A program made the position numbers and the translations under genes. Below the pieces are notes generated by a model. That model saw nothing but the letters and a program-made list of their open reading frames with translations, searched no databases and was not told where the DNA came from. A stretch of DNA of 32,000 bases, taken from positions 60,099 through 92,098 of the forward strand of contig DUOI01000074.1 in the NCBI GenBank assembly GCA_012838915.1, written 5' to 3'. The stretch comes from Clostridiales bacterium (GTDB taxonomy: Bacteria; Bacillota; Clostridia; Caldicoprobacterales; DTU083). Shown piece by piece: positions 1 to 8,391 of the stretch. The stretch's first letter is position 1, and each line of letters begins with the position of its first letter.

Positions 1-85
1 GATTAAAGAGAATTTCTCCGTTAAGATCGACTCCGGCCACAGAAGTGGTGTAGCAGCTGGTGTCGATGCCAAGAATATACTTCAT
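1..85 (-). CDS. N-terminal fragment (28 codons) of an ASKHA-fold TsaD/Kae1 (peptidase M22)-like protein. It continues past the window start.
   Basis: The ATG at 85..83 overlaps the nusB stop (ATGA). The translation MKYILGIDTSCYTTSVAGVDLNGEILFN carries an LGIDTS phosphate-1-like motif. It is too short for a firm call. Confidence 0.35.
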   Translation of the reverse strand, partial: MKYILGIDTSCYTTSVAGVDLNGEILFN

Positions 86-495
86 GGTGAAACTTTCCCG
101 CTTCGGATAAAACTGCCTAGGATTCCGTTTATAAAAGAACCGGTCTTTTCTCCTCCGTATTTTTTTGCCAGTTCCACCGCTTCGTTAATGGAAACGCTCT
201 CAGGTATATCATCACGGTACAAAATTTCATATAGTGCAAGACGTAAAATAGAAAGATCTACCTTGGAAATTCTCTCAAATTTCCAGCCCTTGCTGTTCCT
301 GCGGATAATATTATCGATTTTCTCCATATTTCTGCTGCAGCCTTCGATTATATCTTCAATATAGGAAATGTCCCGTTCATCCAGTTCCAGCTCATTATCA
401 ACCATACCTTTTAGTTCATCTATGTCATATCTCTCAGAAAAGATTCTTTGATATAATAAGCTCATAGCGGCTTCTCTGGCTAATCTTCTTGCCAT
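82..495 (-). CDS. nusB: Transcription antitermination factor NusB
   Basis: 137 aa with a typical NusB N-terminus (ARRLAREAAMSLLYQ) and C-terminal motif (INEAVELAKKYGGEKTGSFINGILG). An AGGAGG SD lies upstream of the ATG at 495. Confidence 0.9.
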   Translation of the reverse strand: MARRLAREAAMSLLYQRIFSERYDIDELKGMVDNELELDERDISYIEDIIEGCSRNMEKIDNIIRRNSKGWKFERISKVDLSILRLALYEILYRDDIPESVSINEAVELAKKYGGEKTGSFINGILGSFIRSGKVSP

Positions 496-542
496 TATGC
501 CCTCCTGTTATTTGTTGCAGCATTCTTTACCATATTTCTAAA

Positions 543-785
543 CTATTGTATTTTATTACGTATTCCATTTGGTAGTATCTTGTCCAAAAAGGAAAGAAAA
601 TTTTCCTTTCTATCACGAAAGCTGCCTATCCAATAGCCCAGCACAACGCATAGTGCAACAAAAATCACCCGCCAAAAACCCAGCCATAGAACTAACAGAC
701 CAAAGAGCAGTCCAAATACAACGCCGATGGTTCTTCCCTTATAAGTAGTTAAACAGGCCTCTATCCATTTACTAAAATCTTTCAT
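543..785 (-). CDS. Small integral membrane protein, DUF2273-like, of the asp23/amaP stress module
   Basis: 80 aa with two hydrophobic helices (GVVFGLLFGLLVLWLGFW, VIFVALCVVLGYWIG) and an AAGGAGG SD. Its position directly after amaP matches the conserved asp23-amaP-DUF2273 arrangement. Confidence 0.7.
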   Translation of the reverse strand: MKDFSKWIEACLTTYKGRTIGVVFGLLFGLLVLWLGFWRVIFVALCVVLGYWIGSFRDRKENFLSFLDKILPNGIRNKIQ

Positions 786-797
786 TGCCTGTCCTCC

Positions 798-1346
798 TTA
801 ATCAACACGGGCTTGTTTGACGCTGGTCAGGTTATCAATATAAACCTGTACCTCATTAACGGTTATACCTGACAGAGATTCTACATATTCTTTCACTTTA
901 TGTTGGATGTTTCTGGAAAGCTCGGGCATGATTATATCAGGCAGTATACTAATTTTCAACTTTACACGTATGCCCTCAGACTCGGTAAGAACAAGGCTTT
1001 TTATATCCTTCACTTCCTGGAAGCTTCGTACAGCCTTCTGTGTAAGTATATCCAGTGTATTTACGGATACTCTTATAACACCCAATTCAGAATTCATCAA
1101 AACTACACTGTTAGCTTTTTTTCCGGTATATCCGGCTACCAGCAGGCGGATACTGGCCAAAAAAAGCGCAACTGCGATGGCACCCAGAATCAGCGCAGGC
1201 CACCCATAGGTTGCATCTGAAAGTAAATTTACAATAGTATTGTAATCAATCATGTTCAGGGCAATGCCAAGAAGCGCCAAAGACAGCAATATTACAAATA
1301 AGGTATATAAAGTGAGGAGAATACGATCAAAAATTCTCATCCTCAT
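798..1346 (-). CDS. amaP: Alkaline shock response membrane anchor protein AmaP-like
   Basis: Two N-terminal TM helices followed by a soluble domain, located downstream of asp23. The ORF track starts at a TTG at 1370. The ATG at 1346 (MRMRIFDRILL) has AAAGGA about 9 nt upstream and is preferred, but the start is uncertain. Confidence 0.65.
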   Translation of the reverse strand: MRMRIFDRILLTLYTLFVILLSLALLGIALNMIDYNTIVNLLSDATYGWPALILGAIAVALFLASIRLLVAGYTGKKANSVVLMNSELGVIRVSVNTLDILTQKAVRSFQEVKDIKSLVLTESEGIRVKLKISILPDIIMPELSRNIQHKVKEYVESLSGITVNEVQVYIDNLTSVKQARVD

Positions 1347-1397
1347 GTGAAACATTCCTTTCTGTTGCAAAAAAGTATCGGCTTTAAATACTATTAA

Positions 1398-1417
1398 CCC
1401 TCTGAAGGATCAGAGGG
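1398..1417 (-). terminator. GC-rich stem-loop between asp23 and amaP, possibly a partial terminator or attenuator
   Basis: The minus strand reads CCCTCTGA-TCCT-TCAGAGGG (8-bp stem, 4-nt loop) followed by TTAATAGTATTT. The U tract is interrupted, so termination is probably leaky. Confidence 0.35.
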
Positions 1418-1424
1418 CTTTGAT

Positions 1425-1814
1425 TCAGCGTACTTTGTGTCCGGACTCTTCTGTTTTTGATTCCTTATCGAAATTGACACCTTGAATATGTATGTTTACC
1501 TCTATTACATTAAGCCCAGTCATATTCTCGACGGCCTTTTTCACATTTTCCTGAATATTCCAAGCTATTTCTGGAATTCTTACGCCGTATTCAACAATAA
1601 TAAAAAGATCTATTGCAGTTTCCTTTTCTCCTACTTCAACTTTTACACCTTTGGCCAGGTTTTTTCTGCCCAACCTTTCTACAATACCTCCGGCTATGCC
1701 GCCGCTCATAGCTGCTACACCGGGAATCTCCGTCGCCGCAACACCTGCTATGATAGCTACTACTTCATCAGCAAATGTAACCTTGCCATAATTCTCGGAA
1801 GATTGTTGTGTCAA
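1425..1814 (-). CDS. asp23: Asp23/Gls24 family envelope stress response protein
   Basis: Contains GKVTFADEVVAIIAGVAATEIPGV and a C-terminal VNIHIQGV, typical of Asp23. The track start (GTG at 1823) overlaps the GGAGG SD. The TTG at 1814, 8 nt after GGAGG, is the more likely start. Confidence 0.85.
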   Translation of the reverse strand: MTQQSSENYGKVTFADEVVAIIAGVAATEIPGVAAMSGGIAGGIVERLGRKNLAKGVKVEVGEKETAIDLFIIVEYGVRIPEIAWNIQENVKKAVENMTGLNVIEVNIHIQGVNFDKESKTEESGHKVR

Positions 1815-1848
1815 TACCTGCACCTCCTCATTACAATTTTGTGCCTAT

Positions 1849-1877
1849 ATTATACCAAAGAACATGCATATTTACAA
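1849..1877 (-). promoter_or_regulatory. Sigma-A type promoter for the asp23-amaP-nusB unit
   Basis: The minus strand has TTGTAA (1877..1872), a 17-nt spacer, then TGgTATAAT (extended -10; TATAAT at 1854..1849). It lies in the 73-nt gap after spoIIIAH. Confidence 0.55.
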
Positions 1878-1896
1878 ATAGTTCTATTTTGTTTTT

Positions 1897-2535
1897 CTAT
1901 ATTTTAGGTATAATTTTGATATTATCTGTTTCTTTTCCTGTTTCTCTTTTTACTATATCCAGGATCATGGCTACCTCTTCCGGTACCAGCTCGGGTTTAT
2001 CCACGATCACATTAACATTATCTTTATGAATAATTACTATTGCATCTTGAATACCTTTTGCCTTGATCAAGTTCTCAATTACAAGTTCCGCTTCCATATT
2101 GGATGTTATTTCCAAAAGCTGAGATTGTGCTTCTTTTACAGTTTCAGGTTCCGATTTGGGGTTATTTACCACTGAATTGATGTATTCCACTTCTTTACTT
2201 CGTTCCTGCGTTCTTTCAAATCGGTAATCCTTAAAAAAGGCGGCGCGGTTAGAAACGTTCGTTTCTGCTGATGCTTCTTTACCGGGGGAATCTGCAGGTT
2301 CCTCTAAATCCGTTACGGTTATTTTCCCATCCAAGTCGCTTTCATCTACTCGGGTTTCTTGTTGATTTTTCAACTGACCATGGCTTTGATTCATGTTATC
2401 AACGGATGACTTGCTGCTTTCATGATTCACAGTGGGTTTGGATTTTTGATTGAACCAAAAATTTAGGAAACCGGTTACAATTAACAGCACCACAAGCAAA
2501 CCGACAATCATGTTTTTCCTTCGGATAATCAACAT
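1897..2535 (-). CDS. spoIIIAH: Stage III sporulation protein AH (SpoIIIAH)
   Basis: Last gene of the spoIIIA operon. It has one N-terminal TM helix, a charged linker and a C-terminal ring-building-like domain (ENLIKAKGIQDAIVIIHKDNVNVIV). Its start overlaps the spoIIIAG stop (TAATG). Confidence 0.8.
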   Translation of the reverse strand: MLIIRRKNMIVGLLVVLLIVTGFLNFWFNQKSKPTVNHESSKSSVDNMNQSHGQLKNQQETRVDESDLDGKITVTDLEEPADSPGKEASAETNVSNRAAFFKDYRFERTQERSKEVEYINSVVNNPKSEPETVKEAQSQLLEITSNMEAELVIENLIKAKGIQDAIVIIHKDNVNVIVDKPELVPEEVAMILDIVKRETGKETDNIKIIPKI

Positions 2536-3146
2536 TACTCTTCACTCCTTCCTCCATTACATTCCATTACGAATATTTCAACCTTATTAGCACTGACACC
2601 CAATACTGTTTGCACTGCTTTTTGAAGCTCCATCCTTACATGAATATCTTCAGCTCCTTCGGCTATAACAATCACCCCCAGGACCTCCGGGTGAACTTCT
2701 GTTGTTATCAGCGGCTGAGAGCCTTCCGGGGTAGTCATGCTGACGGGTTGGCTGTTTATATCGGTTTGACTTACCTTACGGATACCCCCATTGCTGTCCT
2801 TTTCCTCTGTTTCTATATTGGTTTCAATGGTATTCATAGCTGGAATTAGCTCTTTCCCTGTTTTATAGGAAATCATAACGTCTACTTTCCCTGCTCCCTT
2901 TATAGAGGACAAAATTTGTTTCAGTCGGTATTCCTGATCCTGGGTATCATCATTTTCGGAAACTTCAATATGATTGTTTGCGGAAGTTTCAACCGCATCA
3001 ATTTCATGATCTTTGTTTTGAGGCTGAAACCAATTACCAAGCAAACCTATAATTATTGCTATGGCCAAAATAATAACAAAATACTCAATGTTCTTAACTT
3101 TTTTAAGTCGCTTGAAAAAACTACTCAAGTTTAAGCCCTTCTCCAT
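2535..3146 (-). CDS. spoIIIAG: Stage III sporulation protein AG (SpoIIIAG)
   Basis: Operon position, a single TM helix (YFVIILAIAIIIGLLG) and a C-terminal GVIVIAEGAED...VQTVLGV motif. The ATG at 3146 has GGGAGAGG 5 nt upstream. The alternative start at 3164 has a poor SD. Confidence 0.8.
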   Translation of the reverse strand: MEKGLNLSSFFKRLKKVKNIEYFVIILAIAIIIGLLGNWFQPQNKDHEIDAVETSANNHIEVSENDDTQDQEYRLKQILSSIKGAGKVDVMISYKTGKELIPAMNTIETNIETEEKDSNGGIRKVSQTDINSQPVSMTTPEGSQPLITTEVHPEVLGVIVIAEGAEDIHVRMELQKAVQTVLGVSANKVEIFVMECNGGRSEE

Positions 3147-3170
3147 GGTATCCTCTCCCTTCATCTTTCT

Positions 3171-3764
3171 TTAGTTCATGTATACAAATACCAGTTCAGG
3201 TTCTATATCATAAAGTACGGAAACAATTTCTTTAATCTTCAGAGTCACTTCCTTTAATACTGCATCTTCGCTATTATATGATTCATCTTCTGAATTAATG
3301 ACGACAGGATCAATTTGTACCTGTTGAGCCTTCAATGAGGTGTATACATCAATACGTTGAACGGAAGAATAATCAACTTCTCCATTCAGTTGGCCAAAAA
3401 TAATGCTGACATTATCAATATCCAAACCGGTTTTATGTTCAAGTTCCAGTGCCAAATCCTTTTCTAAGTTTGTTTTTATATAATGCTCTAAATTTTCCTT
3501 TTGACTTTTTTCTGTCAGGCTGCTTAAATAAGCGGCTGACTTGCTAAGTTGGTCGGTAGAATTCTGAAATATGACTGTTTCTAAATCTGATGACTGGCCT
3601 ACCATCAGAAGAAAAGGATGCAGAAACATAGCCAGAATAACTAAGCCGAAAAGGAAATCAGTATACTTCCGCATGCTGCCATTCGGCAAAACCATATCCA
3701 CCAAAGCTGCCAATATTGCTATGACAGCCAGATTGGCAACCCATTCTCCTACTATTGACTTCAT
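3171..3764 (-). CDS. spoIIIAF: Stage III sporulation protein AF (SpoIIIAF)
   Basis: The N-terminus, IVGEWVANLAVIAILAALVDMVLPNGSMRKYTDFLFGLVIL, matches the conserved SpoIIIAF signature. It has a GAGGTG SD. Confidence 0.85.
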   Translation of the reverse strand: MKSIVGEWVANLAVIAILAALVDMVLPNGSMRKYTDFLFGLVILAMFLHPFLLMVGQSSDLETVIFQNSTDQLSKSAAYLSSLTEKSQKENLEHYIKTNLEKDLALELEHKTGLDIDNVSIIFGQLNGEVDYSSVQRIDVYTSLKAQQVQIDPVVINSEDESYNSEDAVLKEVTLKIKEIVSVLYDIEPELVFVYMN

Positions 3765-3768
3765 ATTA

Positions 3769-4962
3769 TCACCTCAACATGACTGCAGTATTTCCTGTTG
3801 CTATCAACAAAGCCACAGTCATGAAAAACATAATTGCGATGCCCAGAACTGTTATCAATAATATGCTTAATACGTTTCCTATTCCATTAAGACTTTCCAC
3901 AATTCTCTCATCTGTAATTGGTTCCAGTAATGCACCTGCTAATTTGTATAGAAACAAAAGGCTGAATATTTTTACTGCAGGAGCAAGGCATATTAACACT
4001 AAAATAATAAGGCCTGCAGCTCCAACTGCGTTTTTTACCAGCAGTGCGCATCCCACAATGGTATCCAATGATTGGGAGAACATTTTTCCCACTATGGGAA
4101 CAAAGGTATCAACGGCAAATTTAGCTGTTCGGATGGAAATTCCATCAATGGAAGCAGTCAATGCTCCTTGAATAGCAAGAACGCTGATAAAAATAGTAAA
4201 AATAAAGGCTAAAGTCCAAGAGCAAAGACTATTCAACAATTTGCCAAGTTTTTGAATCTGAATTCTCTTACTTATTTGATTTACCAAAATGATAACAGCG
4301 GAAAGGGTAATCAGAGGAAAAACGAAATTTGTCAATACAGCCCCAACTGTACCTACTATCATTCCTATAGCAGGCTGCATAATTGTAACAGAAGAAAAGT
4401 TTCCCATAGATGTCAGCAGCCCCAGAAGAAGGGGAAAAAGCAGCTGCATGAAGCCTGACATATTATCTATGCTTGTTTTACCCACAGATAAAATTGAAAG
4501 AAAACTCTGGATGATAAGAATCATTACAACACTGTAGCAGACAAAATATCCGATTTCTCCTACCGAAGAATTTTTAAAGGAATCATTCATATTGCGAAAA
4601 ATGCCGCAAATAACAGCAATGATCATAATCTTGGCTATCATTACAAGATTCAGATTGAATTCACCAAAAAAAACACGGATAAGAGCTTTTAGCATATCTG
4701 ACCAAGAGAAAGAGAATTGACCGGTGATGAGCCTTCTGATTACGTCGCTGGCTGATTCACCTTCCAGAAGATCAAAGCCTTCCTGTTGCACATACTTTAA
4801 GAAAGGCGTCCAGTCATTTGTATCCAGATCATCTAATTGCTCAGCTATTAAACCTTCAGTGCTTTCATACCAGCTGCTGTTTTCCTGTGGTGATGCCTGG
4901 GCTTGTAGAGGAAGCAAAATAAGAACAAGAGTAAGAGTAAGCGAAAGTAACCATTTTTTCAT
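3769..4962 (-). CDS. spoIIIAE: Stage III sporulation protein AE (SpoIIIAE), polytopic membrane protein
   Basis: 397 aa with a signal peptide (LPLQAQA) and then multiple TM helices. Operon position fits, and it has an AAAGGAG SD. Confidence 0.9.
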   Translation of the reverse strand: MKKWLLSLTLTLVLILLPLQAQASPQENSSWYESTEGLIAEQLDDLDTNDWTPFLKYVQQEGFDLLEGESASDVIRRLITGQFSFSWSDMLKALIRVFFGEFNLNLVMIAKIMIIAVICGIFRNMNDSFKNSSVGEIGYFVCYSVVMILIIQSFLSILSVGKTSIDNMSGFMQLLFPLLLGLLTSMGNFSSVTIMQPAIGMIVGTVGAVLTNFVFPLITLSAVIILVNQISKRIQIQKLGKLLNSLCSWTLAFIFTIFISVLAIQGALTASIDGISIRTAKFAVDTFVPIVGKMFSQSLDTIVGCALLVKNAVGAAGLIILVLICLAPAVKIFSLLFLYKLAGALLEPITDERIVESLNGIGNVLSILLITVLGIAIMFFMTVALLIATGNTAVMLR

Positions 4963-4976
4963 AAGTGTTCTCCTTT

Positions 4977-5363
4977 TTATGGAAGAATTTTAAGGACAGC
5001 TTCCAACAAGGCAGTCAGTATAGGCAAGGCCAGAACCATAATCAGGATTTTACCGCCCAGCTCGATCTTAGATGCTATAGCGCCTTCTCCCGAATCCTTG
5101 CAAATTTGTGAACCAAATTCAGCAATATAGGCTATACCTATAACTTTCAGTACTGTCGTTATATATATTGAATCCAAATTGGCTTTTTGTGCCATATTTT
5201 CAACAGAGGAGACAATGGTTTTTATGTTTCCTAATAGTAAGATGAAGATGACAGAGCCAGCAGCCAATGAAATCATCATTGCAATATCCGGTCTCTGCTG
5301 TTTTACGATTATTACCAGCAGAGTGGTTATCAAACCTATAGCGGTTATCTGCAAGATATTCAT
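4977..5363 (-). CDS. spoIIIAD: Stage III sporulation protein AD (SpoIIIAD)
   Basis: 128-aa membrane protein. MNILQITAIGLITTLLVIIVKQQRPDIA matches the SpoIIIAD N-terminus. It has an AGGAGG SD. Confidence 0.9.
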   Translation of the reverse strand: MNILQITAIGLITTLLVIIVKQQRPDIAMMISLAAGSVIFILLLGNIKTIVSSVENMAQKANLDSIYITTVLKVIGIAYIAEFGSQICKDSGEGAIASKIELGGKILIMVLALPILTALLEAVLKILP

Positions 5364-5425
5364 TCACTACTCCTCCTGACATATGCTGTATTTCAGGGTT
5401 GTATTATTTTCTATGATTAGCTAAA

Positions 5426-5623
5426 TCAATACAATTTGAAGATGGATTTCACACTTTGAAAGAGTTGATTGATTAAGTTTATAACCATGAGCAAGACAAT
5501 AACAATTCCTGCCAATGTAGTCATCATGGCTATTTCTTCCCTGCCGGCTTTTTGAAGAACGATATTTATTATCGCTATCACAAGTCCTATAGCAGCGATT
5601 TTAAAAATCAAATCCACATTCAT
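5426..5623 (-). CDS. spoIIIAC: Stage III sporulation protein AC (SpoIIIAC)
   Basis: MNVDLIFKIAAIGLVIAIINIVLQKAGREE matches SpoIIIAC. The ATG at 5623 lies 8 nt after GGAGG. The track start at 5638 would add 5 aa. Confidence 0.9.
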   Translation of the reverse strand: MNVDLIFKIAAIGLVIAIINIVLQKAGREEIAMMTTLAGIVIVLLMVINLINQLFQSVKSIFKLY

Positions 5624-5638
5624 TTGTTTTTCCTCCAT

Positions 5639-6160
5639 TTATAGCAATAAGATTGCCAGGGCTATCCCTCCCAGTAATCCCAGGCTTTGGTACATTTTGT
5701 TATACTTTTCGCGGATTGCTCGTGCTTTTTTTTCTTCCTCATGTAATTGCAGCAGGGTTAATCGAATAAACCGGACCTGTCCTTCTTTGTCACTGCTGCC
5801 TAATTGGTCACCAAATCGTTTAAGAATGTCAATATCCTCCTGTTCCAGGCACAAGGTTGTCTTCAATTGTTCCAAAGAAGAGCTCCATGTCTCAGCTACG
5901 GTATACTTCTTCTTATCTAATAGAGTCTGTCCGGTTAAGCAGAACAATTTTCCGGTACCACCTCCAACAGACTTTCCTATTCGAACTAATGCCTCCGGAA
6001 GGCTGGAAGCATAATGCAATATTTCGGTTTCCAGTCTCGACAAAGCCCCTTGAATGGCACTCAGTTCCCTGGTGCGCACTATATATTTTTTGGCCAATTC
6101 AAGCCCTATCAGAGTGGAGAAGAGTATAATAACACAGCTATTGATGATCTTAATAATCAC
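5639..6160 (-). CDS. spoIIIAB: Stage III sporulation protein AB (SpoIIIAB)
   Basis: 173 aa with an N-terminal TM helix and the motif RELSAIQGALSRLETEILHYASSLPEAL, typical of SpoIIIAB. The GTG start lies 7 nt after GGAGGAGG. Confidence 0.85.
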   Translation of the reverse strand: MIIKIINSCVIILFSTLIGLELAKKYIVRTRELSAIQGALSRLETEILHYASSLPEALVRIGKSVGGGTGKLFCLTGQTLLDKKKYTVAETWSSSLEQLKTTLCLEQEDIDILKRFGDQLGSSDKEGQVRFIRLTLLQLHEEEKKARAIREKYNKMYQSLGLLGGIALAILLL

Positions 6161-6179
6161 CCATAAACCTCCTCCCTCA

Positions 6180-7178
6180 TTATCGAACGGGTTTACTTAA
6201 AAGCTGAGTGGAAAAATCGGAAGTATAGATTTTTTCCAGGGTTCCCACACCAAGGGAGTTTCCCAGTACTGCAATTCTTTCAAATATTCGGCTTTCCAAT
6301 AGACGGGATAGAAAAGGCCTGGCAAGAGCATCCTGTATATCGGATGCATGCGCTGAAGCAATAATGCAAATGCCAGCATTCAATGCTTCCTGAATAGCCG
6401 CAGCATCCTCCGTTCTTCCTATTTCGTCAGTTATGATTACCCTGGGGGACATGGAACGAATCATCATCATGATACCCGTTGCTTTGGGACAACCGTCCAA
6501 TACATCGGTTTTCATTCCAACCGATTTCTGGGGAAGTCCTTGCCAACAGCCTGCTATTTCAGAACGCTCGTCCACTATTCCTACCTTTACCCCTTGAAAT
6601 CCCGTAAAGCCATCACTAACTTTTCTGGAAATATCCCGCAGGAGAGTTGTCTTTCCCATTTGGGGCGGGGAAAGAATCAAGGTGTGTAAGATATTCTGAC
6701 CTGAAAAAAGATAAGGCATGATTTTGTCAGCTGCACCGATTACCTCCCTTGAGATACGGAAATTAAAGGATTTGATATATTTCATGGTTCTGATTTGTCC
6801 GTTTTCCAATACGGTTTTTCCGGCCATTCCTACTCTGTGTCCGCCCCTCAAAGTAAGGTATCCGTTACGGATTTCTTCGTCAAAAGCATAGATTGAGTAA
6901 TTTGAAACCAATTGAAGGATTTGATTGGTATCGTCTGCGGAAATATAATAGGCTGCTTCAGCACAGGAACCGATATTTCCATCCTTGGTAACAAAATAAT
7001 CCCTGCCATGGCTGTGTATCATAAGAGGACGATTCTCACGAATTCGGATTTCCTCCAGATCTCTGGCAATAGTAAAAGGTAATTTTCTGATTGCTTCCTG
7101 AATAGTATTCGGCAATGCATTAAGAATCGGTTGCTGCCAATGCAGTGCCGACTCTTTCTTCGGTAATGAGTCCAACAT
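6180..7178 (-). CDS. spoIIIAA: Stage III sporulation protein AA (SpoIIIAA), secretion-type AAA+ ATPase
   Basis: Walker A is PPQMGKTTLL and Walker B is VIITDEIG. It is the first gene of the operon. The ATG at 7178 lies 8 nt after AGGAGG; the track starts at the TTG at 7181. Confidence 0.9.
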   Translation of the reverse strand: MLDSLPKKESALHWQQPILNALPNTIQEAIRKLPFTIARDLEEIRIRENRPLMIHSHGRDYFVTKDGNIGSCAEAAYYISADDTNQILQLVSNYSIYAFDEEIRNGYLTLRGGHRVGMAGKTVLENGQIRTMKYIKSFNFRISREVIGAADKIMPYLFSGQNILHTLILSPPQMGKTTLLRDISRKVSDGFTGFQGVKVGIVDERSEIAGCWQGLPQKSVGMKTDVLDGCPKATGIMMMIRSMSPRVIITDEIGRTEDAAAIQEALNAGICIIASAHASDIQDALARPFLSRLLESRIFERIAVLGNSLGVGTLEKIYTSDFSTQLLSKPVR

Positions 7179-7204
7179 CAAATCTTCCTCCTTTGCTTAA
7201 TCTA

Positions 7205-7231
7205 TATCTATGAAGGGCTTATCCCAATTAT
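7205..7231 (-). promoter_or_regulatory. Candidate mother-cell (sigma-E type) promoter of the spoIIIA operon
   Basis: The minus strand reads ATAAT-N14-CATAGATA (7231..7205), against the sigma-E consensus of ATA-rich -35, about 14 nt, then CATACAnT. It sits directly after the upstream terminators. The match is imperfect. Confidence 0.3.
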
Positions 7232-7242
7232 CACTAAAAAAT

Positions 7243-7268
7243 AAAAAAACACGGGGCTTATCCCGTGT
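7243..7268 (-). terminator. Rho-independent terminator (second of a tandem pair)
   Basis: The minus strand reads ACACGGG-ATAAGC-CCCGTGT followed by TTTTTTT. Confidence 0.75.
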
Positions 7269-7272
7269 TATG

Positions 7273-7305
7273 AAAAAACTTAAGAAAGCCCCGGTTTGCC
7301 GGGGC
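7273..7305 (-). terminator. Rho-independent terminator (first of a tandem pair), flanked by A and T runs on both sides
   Basis: The minus strand reads AAAAAAA-GCCCCGG-CAAA-CCGGGGC-TTTCTTAAGTTTTTT. It begins 14 nt after the stop of the CD1247-like gene. Confidence 0.6.
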
Positions 7306-7318
7306 TTTTTTTCCATCT

Positions 7319-7738
7319 CTATTCTTTGTTATCTTCTTTGTTTTCTTCCGTGATGTATTCATCTTCCGAATAGATAGTTTCACTGCAATTTGGGCAAATG
7401 ATATCTTCATCGTTATCAAAAATGTCCTCGTCAAAGAATACCGTCTCATTACAATGGGGACATTCTACCTCAATATAATTGGTATAATCAAGTTCGTCCT
7501 CTTCTTCATCTTCGTATAGCATACTTTCTATATCTGCCAGATCTTCATCGACGGTTTCCACATATTCCTCCATCTCTGCCTGCACGGTTTCTAACTCGGC
7601 TATGGCTTGCGCCATTTCATCAAGAACATCTATTATGTGAGTGAAAAGCTTTCCTTCATTGGTATCTTCTGTAAGTGCCATGCCTTCCATCAAGCCCCGA
7701 AGATAAGATACTTTCTCATTCAAGTCGAACATTGTCAT
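7319..7738 (-). CDS. CD1247-like acidic protein with a C-terminal CxxC...CxxC zinc ribbon; function unknown
   Basis: About 137 aa, very acidic, with a helical N-terminal half and then CPHC-N23-CPNC. It lies directly downstream of efp, as in Clostridioides difficile. The start may be the ATG at 7732, 9 nt after GGAGG. Confidence 0.7.
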   Translation of the reverse strand: MTMFDLNEKVSYLRGLMEGMALTEDTNEGKLFTHIIDVLDEMAQAIAELETVQAEMEEYVETVDEDLADIESMLYEDEEEDELDYTNYIEVECPHCNETVFFDEDIFDNDEDIICPNCSETIYSEDEYITEENKEDNKE

Positions 7739-7797
7739 TCGCCTCCTTTACTATTCTTATTTAGGATCCTCCATAAAGTCAATTTTTATCCATCCAA

Positions 7798-8355
7798 TCA
7801 AACTCGTTCCATGTATTCCCCTGTTCGGGTGTCAACACGTACAGTATCGCCTATATTTACAAACAGCGGAACCTGTATTACAGCACCTGTTTCCAGGGTA
7901 GCAGGTTTGGTGCCTCCGGTAGCTGTATCACCTTTGAAACCCGGCTCAGTCTGAGTGACTTCCAATTCAACAAAGTTTGGCGGCTCTACAGAAAAAGCAG
8001 ATCCTTTAAAGAATTTGATGATTGCATTTGAATTTTCCTTTACATATTGCATTGCATCCTCTACTTGAGAGCGATTAAGTGGAATTTGTTCGTAGGTTTC
8101 CATATCCATGAAATAGTATAATTCGCCGTCATTATACAAGTATTGCATTTCCTTTGTCTCCACATGGGCTCTTGCAAGCCTGTCGGTGGGACTGTAGGTT
8201 TTTTCCAGAACACCGCCGGTCATGATATTTTTTAGCTTGGTTCGTACAAAAGCTGCACCTTTTCCGGGTTTTACATGCTGAAAATCGACTATAATGTAAA
8301 CAATATTGTCTATTTCTACAGTAATTCCCTTTTTAAAGTCACCTGCTGAAATCAT
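7798..8355 (-). CDS. efp: Translation elongation factor P
   Basis: 185 aa. It contains [19 protein letters not shown] with the conserved modified-Lys loop, and a C-terminal [20 protein letters not shown]. Confidence 0.95.
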   Translation of the reverse strand: MISAGDFKKGITVEIDNIVYIIVDFQHVKPGKGAAFVRTKLKNIMTGGVLEKTYSPTDRLARAHVETKEMQYLYNDGELYYFMDMETYEQIPLNRSQVEDAMQYVKENSNAIIKFFKGSAFSVEPPNFVELEVTQTEPGFKGDTATGGTKPATLETGAVIQVPLFVNIGDTVRVDTRTGEYMERV

Positions 8356-8391
8356 TTAACTCATCCTTTCATATATCCACTAATTAATATT

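Noticed and set aside
7258-7449. 63-aa minus-strand ORF spanning the end of the CD1247-like gene and the intergenic region
   Set aside because: Its 3' half is the pair of intrinsic terminator hairpins and its 5' half overlaps the zinc-ribbon gene out of frame. The basic, low-complexity translation is an artefact of the A/T runs.
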